A stretch of 64,000 bases of DNA from contig CAZIZP010000010.1 of assembly GCA_964543705.1 (NCBI GenBank), positions 229-64,228 of the forward strand, in the 5' to 3' direction. The DNA is from an uncultured Chitinophagaceae bacterium. Its GTDB lineage: Bacteria > Bacteroidota > Bacteroidia > Chitinophagales > CAIOSU01. The notes below the pieces were generated by a model. The model was not told where the DNA came from, made no database searches, and saw only the letters and a program-made list of their open reading frames with translations. Both the position numbers and the translations under genes were made by a program. Numbering within the stretch: the first letter of the stretch is position 1; each line of letters opens with the position of its first letter. Positions 10,151 to 18,820 of the stretch are shown in pieces.

Positions 10151-13100
10151 TTATTGAACAAAGTCATTTACTTCATGCAGTAAAGTATTTGCCTCTTGCA
10201 TGGTTTTAATATTTTCAAAAGAGAGTATTAAAGATTTGTTGGTTTGTTTTACCGAACATTTTTTGGGGTTGCTTTGCACATACCCCATAATTTTTCCGAA
10301 TACAGGTGTTTCGTAAAAATAAGATGCAGGGTTTTCAATAAAATAGCATTTCAGTTTTTTGTTTTTGAAAACTATTCTTTCAAAGCCCAACTTTTTAGCT
10401 ACCCAACGCAAGCGCAGGCCATTAAACAATTCTTCTACCTGCTTGGGTACTTCGCCAAAGCGATCTTTTAAATTGGTTTTAAACTGTTGTAGTTTTTCTT
10501 CATCATCAACATTATCCAGTTCGGTATAAATGCTCAAGCGCTCGTTGATGTTTCTAATGTAATAATCGGGAATGAGCATTTCCAAATCAGTATCAATTTG
10601 GCAATCGCGCACAAAATCCTGGTCGCGGTTTAATTCTTCTTCATAAATTTCTTTGTATTCAGTTTGTTTTAATTCGCGAATGGCTTCGTCTAAAATTTTA
10701 TGATACATATCGAAACCAATTTCGGCAATAAAACCACTTTGTTCGCCACCTAATAAATTACCCGCTCCACGAATATCCATATCGCGTAAAGAAATGTTGA
10801 AGCCGCTGCCTAAATCAGAAAATTCTTCAATAGTTTTTAATCGCTTGCGTGCTTCGGGTGTTAATACCGAAAGCGGTGGCGTAAACAAATAACAAAATGC
10901 TTTTTTATTGCTTCGTCCTACACGACCACGCAACTGGTGCAACTCGCTTAACCCAAAGAAGTGTGCGTTATTAATGATAATAGTATTGGCATTCGGCACA
11001 TCTAAACCCGACTCAACAATATTGGTACACACCAGCACATCATACTCGCGCTCCATAAATTTTATCATGGCTTCTTCCAGCTTGTCGCCTTCCATTTGCC
11101 CGTGTGCCACCCCAAAATCTATTTTAGGGCAAAGCTTTTGCAACATACCCACCACCTCATAAATATCTTTCACTCGGTTATGAATAAAAAATACCTGCCC
11201 GCCACGATGCACTTCATACTCAATAGCTTCTTTAATCATGTCATCGTTGTAAGCATGCAACTCCGTTTGAATGGGCTGCCTGTTGGGCGGTGGCGTTCTT
11301 ATAACCGATAAATCACGCGCACCCATTAATGAAAACTGCAACGTTCGCGGAATGGGCGTTGCCGTTAAGGTAAGCGTGTCTATATTCACTTTCATTTCGC
11401 GCAGTTTTTCTTTTGCCGAAACACCAAACTTTTGTTCTTCATCAACAATCATCAGCCCCAAATCTTTAAACTTCATGCTCTTGCCCAATATGGCATGAGT
11501 GCCAATAACAATATCTACTTTGCCTTCTTCCAGTTTTTGTAGTGTTTCTTTTTTCTGCGCTGCTGTTTTAAAACGGTTAATATAATCTACCGTTACGGGC
11601 AAGCCTTCCATGCGGCTTTTAAACGTGCGGTAATGCTGCATCGATAAAATGGTTGTAGGCACCAGCACGGCCACTTGTTTAGAATCGCACACGGCTTTGA
11701 AAGCTGCACGTACCGCAATCTCGGTTTTACCAAAACCCACATCGCCACAAACTAATCTATCCATAGGTGTAGGCGATTCCATATCGCGCTTAAAATCTAT
11801 GGTGGCTTTTTCCTGGTCGGGCGTGTCTTCGTAAATAAAACTTGCTTCTAATTCATTCTGCAAATAATTATCGGGCGAATAAGCAAAACCCTTTTGTGCC
11901 CTGCGCTGTGCATACAGTTTTATCAACTGGTCGGCAATATCTTTTATTTGCTTTTTGGTTTTGCGCTTCAGCGTTTCCCAAGCATCGGTGCCCAATTTAT
12001 TTACTTTGGGTGCAGTGCCTTCTTTGCCCGAATATTTAGAAATTTTATGCAGCGAGTTAATGCCCACATACAACAAATCGTTATCGCGATAAATTAAACG
12101 AACGGCCTCTTGCATTTGTCCATTCACGTCTATTTTTTCTAAACCTGAATATACGCCCACACCAAAATCGATATGCGTTACAAAATCTCCGGGCTGTAGC
12201 TCTTTAATAGTTTTCAGCAAGTTGGCTTTGTTGCGGGTATAGCCTTCTTTCAGTTTGTATTTATGAAAACGATCGAAAATCTGATGATCGGTATAGCACG
12301 CCAGCTTCAGCTTGTTATCAATAAAGCCTTCGTGTATGCTCTTCGGAATAGGGTGAAAATGCACCTCACTTTTCAGGTCTTCAAAAATATGATAGAGCCT
12401 TTCAATTTGCTTAGGGTTTTCAGCAAAAATGAAATTGGTAATGTGCTTCGCTTCGTTGGCTTTCAGGTTTTCTATAAGCAGGTTAAAATTTTTTCTGAAA
12501 GAAGGTTGCGGTGAAAAATCGAATTCTACTTTTTCAGAATTACTGAAATGTGCTTTGCTGCCAAACTCTATGATAGGATAATTTTGCGCTTGTGTGAAAA
12601 ATGCAGCAGGCATTTCAAACATCACGTTCGGCTCTTCTTCAAAAAAGCGATTATTTTCTTCTAATACCAACCCTTTTTTCTTTCGGGTTTCTTCATACAC
12701 TTTTTGCGCGGCTTCAAAATTGCGCTGCAACACATCCATAACCAGCACAGCATCTTTCACCCACAAAACGGTGTTGGCAGGCAGCAACGAAAAGAAAGAA
12801 GTTTTTTGTTCAACCGTAAAATGGTTTTGAATATCGGGCACAATGCTTACCTGCGAAATTTTCTTTTCACTTAGCTGTGTTTCGGGATCGAAAGTGCGAA
12901 TGCTTTCTACTTCATTGCCAAACAATTCCACACGGTATGGCTGTTCATTGCCGAAAGAAAAAATATCGATAATATCACCACGAATGGAAAACTGCCCCGG
13001 CTCATAAACAAAATCTACGCGCTCAAATTCATAGGTAAGCAATAGGTCGAGCATAAAATCCATGTCAAGCTTCTCTCCTATTTTAATGAGCAACATGTTT

Positions 13101-13525
13101 TGTTGCAGCACTTCTTTTTGCACTACTTTTTCAAACAATGCTTCAGGGTAAGTAACAATCAATTCGGCTTTGGTTACGCTATTGGTAATGCGGTTTACGG
13201 TTTCGGTGCGCAGCAAAATATTATTGCTGCTTACTTCTTCCAGCTTGCCCGGGCGTTTAAACGAATCAGGGAAATAGAAAATATCTTTTTTATTGAGCAG
13301 GTCGGTAAGCGTGTTTTGAAAATAGGCGGCTTCTTCTTTGTCGTTCAGAATAAAAACATGATGATGCTTTAAAAGCTTGTAGAGTGCGGCTGCCAAAAAC
13401 GTGTCTGACGAGCCCACCATGCCCCTCAGAAAAAATCTTGCAGGGGGTGTGGCGTTGATTTTTTCAGCAATAGATTGTAACTCAATATTTTCCCGAAAGC
13501 GGGACAATAGCTCATCTAAATTCAT
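10151..13525 (-). CDS. mfd: transcription-repair coupling factor Mfd
   Basis: 1124 aa. Superfamily 2 helicase motifs (GDVGFGKTE, DEEQKFGV, LTATPIPRTL, QLRGRVGRS), with UvrB-homology and TRCF C-terminal regions. Confidence 0.95.
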   Translation of the reverse strand: MNLDELLSRFRENIELQSIAEKINATPPARFFLRGMVGSSDTFLAAALYKLLKHHHVFILNDKEEAAYFQNTLTDLLNKKDIFYFPDSFKRPGKLEEVSSNNILLRTETVNRITNSVTKAELIVTYPEALFEKVVQKEVLQQNMLLIKIGEKLDMDFMLDLLLTYEFERVDFVYEPGQFSIRGDIIDIFSFGNEQPYRVELFGNEVESIRTFDPETQLSEKKISQVSIVPDIQNHFTVEQKTSFFSLLPANTVLWVKDAVLVMDVLQRNFEAAQKVYEETRKKKGLVLEENNRFFEEEPNVMFEMPAAFFTQAQNYPIIEFGSKAHFSNSEKVEFDFSPQPSFRKNFNLLIENLKANEAKHITNFIFAENPKQIERLYHIFEDLKSEVHFHPIPKSIHEGFIDNKLKLACYTDHQIFDRFHKYKLKEGYTRNKANLLKTIKELQPGDFVTHIDFGVGVYSGLEKIDVNGQMQEAVRLIYRDNDLLYVGINSLHKISKYSGKEGTAPKVNKLGTDAWETLKRKTKKQIKDIADQLIKLYAQRRAQKGFAYSPDNYLQNELEASFIYEDTPDQEKATIDFKRDMESPTPMDRLVCGDVGFGKTEIAVRAAFKAVCDSKQVAVLVPTTILSMQHYRTFKSRMEGLPVTVDYINRFKTAAQKKETLQKLEEGKVDIVIGTHAILGKSMKFKDLGLMIVDEEQKFGVSAKEKLREMKVNIDTLTLTATPIPRTLQFSLMGARDLSVIRTPPPNRQPIQTELHAYNDDMIKEAIEYEVHRGGQVFFIHNRVKDIYEVVGMLQKLCPKIDFGVAHGQMEGDKLEEAMIKFMEREYDVLVCTNIVESGLDVPNANTIIINNAHFFGLSELHQLRGRVGRSNKKAFCYLFTPPLSVLTPEARKRLKTIEEFSDLGSGFNISLRDMDIRGAGNLLGGEQSGFIAEIGFDMYHKILDEAIRELKQTEYKEIYEEELNRDQDFVRDCQIDTDLEMLIPDYYIRNINERLSIYTELDNVDDEEKLQQFKTNLKDRFGEVPKQVEELFNGLRLRWVAKKLGFERIVFKNKKLKCYFIENPASYFYETPVFGKIMGYVQSNPKKCSVKQTNKSLILSFENIKTMQEANTLLHEVNDFVQ

Positions 13526-13561
13526 GCGAACAGTGGAACAAAGTTCTGCAATTAGGGTTCA

Positions 13562-13603
13562 AATAAAAAACTTAGCCCCTGCGATTTTTTCGCAGGGGCT
13601 AAG
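13562..13603 (-). terminator. Rho-independent terminator downstream of the 1236-aa adhesin gene
   Basis: Perfect 13-bp GC-rich stem: cttagcccctgcg (13571..13583) with cgcaggggctaag (13591..13603). On the minus strand it is followed by TTTTTTATTT (13561..13570). Confidence 0.85.
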
Positions 13604-13630
13604 CAACCAACTATAACCAACCAGAATAGG

Positions 13631-16600
13631 CTATTGTATAATCTCTAATTTTTTAGTGATGAAGTTGTTGTTTACACCAATTCTTACATAGTACACACCA
13701 TTGTTAAAGTTGGCTGTATTAATGTTCTCTTTAGAATTATTCGGGGTAGATTCAAATACAATTCTACCCGTTAAATCATACACTTGCACAGTGTTTATCT
13801 CAAAACCTACCGCTTCTACTACTGTAAAGCTGCTTGCAGGGTTTGGATATAAACTAGTGCTGTTTTTAATTACTGAAAGCTCGGCAACACTTGTGTAACC
13901 TGCTACTGTAAACGAATTAGAAGTAACACAGTTGTTGGCATCTTCTACCGTTACAGAGTAATTACCTGCAGCGAGGCCATTAACATCTTGCGTAGTAGCT
14001 CCATTAGACCATGTAAATGAATAAGGGGAAGTGCCACCGGTAACAGTAATATCTATAGCACCATTTAAGGCAATTGAGTCAGTAGCATCAGCCACAACAC
14101 CATTTATAATAATTGGATTAGCAGGCTCGGTAACAGCATAGCTTTCTGAAAATAAACATCCGTTTGCGTCAGAAATGTAAACGGTATAATTACCTTCTGA
14201 AAGATTGAAGTTATCTTCAGTAGTAGCACTGTTAGACCAGATAATGCTGTATGGCAAAGTACCACCGCTTACCGTTAAATCTATAACACCATTTTCACCA
14301 CCGGCACAGCTAACATTGCTAATAGCTTCAACAGCATTTAATTGGGCAGGTTCTACTACTAAAGTGTTCTGAAGTTCGATACAGTTATTGGCATCTTTAA
14401 CACGAACGATATATCCACCACCACTTAAATCGCTAAACACATTAGAAGATTGATAGTTATTACCATCTAAGCTGTATTGTAAAGCACCGGTTCCTCCCCA
14501 TGCTGTTACTGCAATAGCACCATCTTCAGCATTTCTGCAAGTTACATTTAACACACCTAAAGAAATATTGATTTTAGCAGGCTGATTTATTCTAACCGCT
14601 TGGTTGCTTAAACAACCACCTGCATCGCGCACTACCACTACATAAGTGCCTGCACCTAAATCTTCAAATACATTGCTAGATTGATAAGTTATGCCAAAAT
14701 CGATGCTGTAAGCCAATGTGCCTGCACCACCGGAAGCTACTACCTGTATAGCACCGTCTTCAGCACCAAAGCAAGTAGCATCAGTTTCAGTTGTGTTTAT
14801 TACTATAGCATTAGGTTCAGAAAGCGTTCTGTTTTCGCTACCGGTACAGCCGTTAATGTCTTTTACCACAATAGTGTAAGTACCGGCTGTTAAGCCTGAA
14901 AACACATTAGAGGTTTGGAAAGTAGAACCATTAATGCTGTAGGTAATTTGTCCTGTGCCCCCTGTTACTGAATTAACGGTAATAGTGCCATCGTTTCCGC
15001 CATTACAAGAAATATTGGTAGAAGAAACACTGGTAATAGATGGGCCATCTAAATCCTGAACGGTTGCAGCAATAATAGTCCCGCAAGAAGCATCATCAGT
15101 AATTAAGATGTAGTAAGTTCCAGCACCAAGGTTTTCAAATAATCCGGTTGAATTATAATTTATACCGTCAAGGCTGTATTCATAACCACTTCCAGAACCG
15201 CCTGAAGCTGATACTAAAATTGATCCATTGCTGTTACCGCAAGTAGAACTTCCGGTAGTAGCAGTACCTTCTACTTCAGTAGGCTCGGTTACAAAATTAT
15301 TCAGTTTTACTGCTACACAATTGTTTTGGTCTTTCACATAAACAGTATAGTTGCGTGCTGACAATTCAGCAAAAACATTAGTTGGCTGATAGTTCACACC
15401 ATCCATGCTATACATATATTTTCCGGCACCACCGGTAGCAATTACAGTAATACTTCCATTGTTAAAACCGTTACAAGAAGCATCGGTAATAAATGTTGTA
15501 ATACCAATAGCAGCAGGTTGTCCTACTGTTACAGAAGTGGTTGCAGTACAGTTGGCAATATCTTTTGCATAAACAGTGTAGTTACCTGCTACTAAACCTG
15601 AAAAGGTAGTGCCAGATTGATAGTTTACACCATTTAAACTATAGGTTAAAGTACCAATACCTCCTGAAGCAGAGGTTACTTCTACTTTACCATCGTTACC
15701 ACCATTACATGAAGTAGCAATACCTTTTGCTGAAATACTTAATGCAGCTGGCTCAGTAATAGTAACAGATAATACTCTGGTGCACCCTGTAGCGTCTTTA
15801 ACTGTTACGGGATAAATACCAGCAGAAACATTGGAAAAAGTACCTGAGGTTTGAAAATCAACACCATCTAAACTATACTGAAGTGTTCCGGTACCGCCAT
15901 TACCAATAACTACCAAGCTGCCATCGTTACCACCATTACAGCTGACATTAGTTGAGCTTAAAACGGTTAAAGCAGGAGCCGTTACGTTACTTATTGACAC
16001 TAAAGCAGCACTGGTACAGTTATTAGCGTCTTTTGCGGTAACCGTATACGAGCCCGCAGATAAATTAGAAAAACTGCCACTGCTTTGATAGTTGCCATTA
16101 TTTAGTTTATACTCAAGATTGCCGCTACCACCAGTTGCAGAAACGGTTACCGCACCATTGGCATTTCCACAATCTGCTGCAGTAGGTACAATAGAGTTAA
16201 AAACAATAGCAGAAGGCTGTGTAACCGAGAAGGCTATAGATTTTTCGCAACCCACAGCATCTTTCACATATAAAGTATAATTTCCGGCTGCCAAATCACT
16301 AAATGTTGAAGAAGTTTGATAAGAAGCATCTTCTCCGCCCATTAAACTGTATTCATAGGGCTGTGCACCGCCTGCAACATTAGCGGTTACGCTGCCATTA
16401 TTAGAACCAAAACAAGTTAAATTGCTAACTGTAGGCGCAGATGCAGTTAACCCAACAGAAATCTGAGTAGTGAAAACATCATTACAATCGTTATTCCAGC
16501 CATCAATTTTTGTAGTTAAAGTTACTGTATAAACACCTGCTGCAGTGTAAGTATGTGTAGGGTTTATCGCATTTGAAACTGGAGAGCCATCACCAAAACT

Positions 16601-17341
16601 CCACGTATATAATGCCTGACCGCCTGAATAACCTTGAGCTAAAATTTGATTAAACATGGGGTCTTTTGTTACCATTGAAGTGTTGGTAAAGTTTACAGCC
16701 TGCCCGGCATTAACGCAAGTACTGTTTACAGTAAAAGATGAAGTAATAAAGTGAGTAATTCTTGGCTCAATAAAGAAGTCACCATCTTTACTGAAATTGT
16801 CTTTGGCACTTGTCCAGTTAAAACCTGTAGAAGTACCGGCAACCGATGCTAAATCTTCACCCAAGCCTTCTCCATCACCTGTATAACCTAATCTGAAAAT
16901 TCCGCCCCAAGGAAAAGCAGAGCGAACTCTAACGCCAATAGCAAAGTTACCGGCAGCATAAACACCTCCACCCGGAAAAGTTACATCTATATAACCCAGA
17001 GAGTTATGTTGGCCAGCCCACCAAATAGTGTTAACTGATTGTACTGCCGAAGTAGGTCTTCCTGCAGCATCTACATTGTAATAAGTAACTGCCAATGGCA
17101 CCCCGCCAATAGGAGCAGGAAAATCGCCATATACTCTTACTCCATTTACTACTCCCGGGCCGGAGTACTCATAAGTTTGTGCGGCCGATTCTTCATTGCC
17201 CAACTGAAGTGTAAAAAGACCTGTTTGTCCTGTGTTTTTAGAATTTACATAACGCCCAATATCGTTACACGAATTTTGAGCATGCAAATTGTAAAAACCA
17301 AAAAGGAACGTTGCAAATAAAAATACGATTCTTGTTTTCAT
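13631..17341 (-). CDS. T9SS-secreted cell-surface adhesin: novel N-terminal domain, PKD domain, 11 SprB-type repeats, type A C-terminal sorting domain
   Basis: Signal peptide, then a PKD-like YTWSFGDGSPVSNAINPTHTYTAAGVYTVTLT. Repeats have the form CxGxx(N/D)GxI..GG...Y.YS.DG..YQ....F..L.AG.YTV.VKD...C. The tail is LYPNPASSF...VQVYDLTGRIV...NNGVYYVRI. Confidence 0.9.
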   Translation of the reverse strand: MKTRIVFLFATFLFGFYNLHAQNSCNDIGRYVNSKNTGQTGLFTLQLGNEESAAQTYEYSGPGVVNGVRVYGDFPAPIGGVPLAVTYYNVDAAGRPTSAVQSVNTIWWAGQHNSLGYIDVTFPGGGVYAAGNFAIGVRVRSAFPWGGIFRLGYTGDGEGLGEDLASVAGTSTGFNWTSAKDNFSKDGDFFIEPRITHFITSSFTVNSTCVNAGQAVNFTNTSMVTKDPMFNQILAQGYSGGQALYTWSFGDGSPVSNAINPTHTYTAAGVYTVTLTTKIDGWNNDCNDVFTTQISVGLTASAPTVSNLTCFGSNNGSVTANVAGGAQPYEYSLMGGEDASYQTSSTFSDLAAGNYTLYVKDAVGCEKSIAFSVTQPSAIVFNSIVPTAADCGNANGAVTVSATGGSGNLEYKLNNGNYQSSGSFSNLSAGSYTVTAKDANNCTSAALVSISNVTAPALTVLSSTNVSCNGGNDGSLVVIGNGGTGTLQYSLDGVDFQTSGTFSNVSAGIYPVTVKDATGCTRVLSVTITEPAALSISAKGIATSCNGGNDGKVEVTSASGGIGTLTYSLNGVNYQSGTTFSGLVAGNYTVYAKDIANCTATTSVTVGQPAAIGITTFITDASCNGFNNGSITVIATGGAGKYMYSMDGVNYQPTNVFAELSARNYTVYVKDQNNCVAVKLNNFVTEPTEVEGTATTGSSTCGNSNGSILVSASGGSGSGYEYSLDGINYNSTGLFENLGAGTYYILITDDASCGTIIAATVQDLDGPSITSVSSTNISCNGGNDGTITVNSVTGGTGQITYSINGSTFQTSNVFSGLTAGTYTIVVKDINGCTGSENRTLSEPNAIVINTTETDATCFGAEDGAIQVVASGGAGTLAYSIDFGITYQSSNVFEDLGAGTYVVVVRDAGGCLSNQAVRINQPAKINISLGVLNVTCRNAEDGAIAVTAWGGTGALQYSLDGNNYQSSNVFSDLSGGGYIVRVKDANNCIELQNTLVVEPAQLNAVEAISNVSCAGGENGVIDLTVSGGTLPYSIIWSNSATTEDNFNLSEGNYTVYISDANGCLFSESYAVTEPANPIIINGVVADATDSIALNGAIDITVTGGTSPYSFTWSNGATTQDVNGLAAGNYSVTVEDANNCVTSNSFTVAGYTSVAELSVIKNSTSLYPNPASSFTVVEAVGFEINTVQVYDLTGRIVFESTPNNSKENINTANFNNGVYYVRIGVNNNFITKKLEIIQ
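13634..13864 (-). other. T9SS type A C-terminal sorting domain (Por_Secre_tail-like) of the adhesin
   Basis: The last roughly 77 aa read SLYPNPASSFTVVEAVGFEINTVQVYDLTGRIVFES...NFNNGVYYVRIGVNNNFITKKLEIIQ. Confidence 0.8.
13904..16429 (-). repeat. intragenic array of 11 SprB-type repeats (period 77-81 codons)
   Basis: Repeat-initial Cys residues lie at aa 310, 391, 468, 545, 623, 701, 779, 857, 935 and 1012, plus a degenerate 11th unit. An exact 20-nt copy ccatcgttaccaccattaca occurs at 15690..15709 and 15921..15940, which is 231 nt = 77 codons apart. It encodes CNGGNDG. Confidence 0.85.
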
Positions 17342-17614
17342 AAATAATTGGTTTTTGGTTAAAAAAGATTATGAAACAAAGATGAGGGCTTCGTATATGT
17401 AAAGAGATGATATTAATACATTTACTCAGGTGATAGATAATACCTTTTTAGGTGACAAAAATCATTTTTATAGTGGTATAAAGTCATAAAGTCATACAGA
17501 AGAAACAAGTAACTTATTAAGTTTATATCTAAAGTTTTCAGGTAGAAAATAGCAAAATTATTCTTTAAAATGCTTGCTAGCATTTACTTATTATAAAAAA
17601 AAGTTACTGCTTAA

Positions 17615-18127
17615 TTACTTAAACAATTGTCCCCAATCGTCTTCAATATCGTTGGTTTTGTCGAAGCTGTTTACCCATTCAATAAATAGTTTTCTGAATC
17701 CTTCTATTTCATCTCGAAGTGCTTGCAGATACTCAAGATTAGGGTAGCCCATCATTTTTAATCCTGAAGTATGGGTAAGCAAACTGCGAGCATGAATTTT
17801 AATAATTACTGCATTCTCCATACGCAAAGAATATAAATCGCCCCCTTCAGCACCCTGAATCTTTGCACTTATAATCATTACATCTTCCATCATCATTTGC
17901 TTGTAATGCTCAAACATTTCAGCAGGCACACCCTCATTGGCATCTTTGCCATCTATGGTTTCTACCAGCGAGTTTACAAGTTCGTAAAGGTCTTCAGCCT
18001 TTTTTACGATAGGAAGGTTATCTATACGCTCACGTTCAGCTTCCATTTCTTTCTGAAGTTCTTCATCATCAGGGTCGAAATCAAAATCGTCCATATCAAA
18101 ATCATTATCATCATCATCCCAGGCCAT
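17615..18127 (-). CDS. hypothetical cytoplasmic protein with a hyper-acidic N-terminal tail
   Basis: 170 aa. The N-terminus MAWDDDDNDFDMDDFDFDPDDEE has 14 acidic and 0 basic residues in the first 23. The remainder is predicted helical. I do not recognise a family. Confidence 0.6.
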   Translation of the reverse strand: MAWDDDDNDFDMDDFDFDPDDEELQKEMEAERERIDNLPIVKKAEDLYELVNSLVETIDGKDANEGVPAEMFEHYKQMMMEDVMIISAKIQGAEGGDLYSLRMENAVIIKIHARSLLTHTSGLKMMGYPNLEYLQALRDEIEGFRKLFIEWVNSFDKTNDIEDDWGQLFK

Positions 18128-18158
18128 AAGTAGTGTTTTTTATTCAGCTTAAATATAA

Positions 18159-18166
18159 TAGATTTG
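18159..18166 (+). promoter_or_regulatory. candidate Bacteroidota -7 promoter box (TAnnTTTG) for the ABC ATPase gene
   Basis: TAGATTTG is an exact match to TAnnTTTG and ends 10 nt before ATG 18176. It overlaps the TTG (18164) that the ORF track uses as the start. Confidence 0.4.
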
Positions 18167-18175
18167 TTGCACTGC

Positions 18176-18820
18176 ATGGCAACTATACGCATTCAACATT
18201 TATTACCCGAACCGCTTAGAGAAATAGATGTTTCAGCCTCTCAAATTTGGAACAGCGATTTTACGTTTGAAACGCCTCAGTTTACAAAAGTTCAGGCTCC
18301 TTCAGGCAAGGGCAAATCTACTTTTATCAATATTCTCTTTGGAAACAGAACCGATTATTCTGGTGAAGCTTTTATTAATAATGAAAACGTTAAAAAATTC
18401 AGCCTGAACGATTGGGCTAAATTGAGAAGAGAAAAACTTTCGGTAGTGTTTCAAGATTTAAGGTTGCTGCCCGAATTTACCGGCATGGAAAATATTTTGC
18501 TGAAAGCATGCCTTATAAAATATTATGATGAGCAGCAAATAACTGCTATGGCAGAATTGCTGGGTGTAAAAAAATTACTAAATAAAAAAGCCGGGTTAAT
18601 GTCGTATGGCGAGCGCCAACGTTTTGCTATCATTCGTGCATTGGTGCAGCCCTTTGAAATACTGTTGTTAGATGAGCCATTTAGCCATTTAGACACCAAT
18701 AATATTGCTAAGGCTTCGCAGCTTATTGTAGATGAATGTAGAAAAAGAAATGCAGGGTTAATACTGTGCGGATTAGATGATGATGCTTTGATCCCTTACG
18801 ATAAAAAAGTGCTTTTATAG
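18176..18820 (+). CDS. ABC transporter ATP-binding protein (MacB/LolD-like, degenerate motifs)
   Basis: Walker A APSGKGKST, Q-loop VVFQD, signature MSYGERQR, Walker B ILLLDEP, D-loop SHLD. No histidine follows Walker B, so the H-loop is absent. The start is moved to ATG 18176. Confidence 0.8.
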   Translation: MATIRIQHLLPEPLREIDVSASQIWNSDFTFETPQFTKVQAPSGKGKSTFINILFGNRTDYSGEAFINNENVKKFSLNDWAKLRREKLSVVFQDLRLLPEFTGMENILLKACLIKYYDEQQITAMAELLGVKKLLNKKAGLMSYGERQRFAIIRALVQPFEILLLDEPFSHLDTNNIAKASQLIVDECRKRNAGLILCGLDDDALIPYDKKVLL

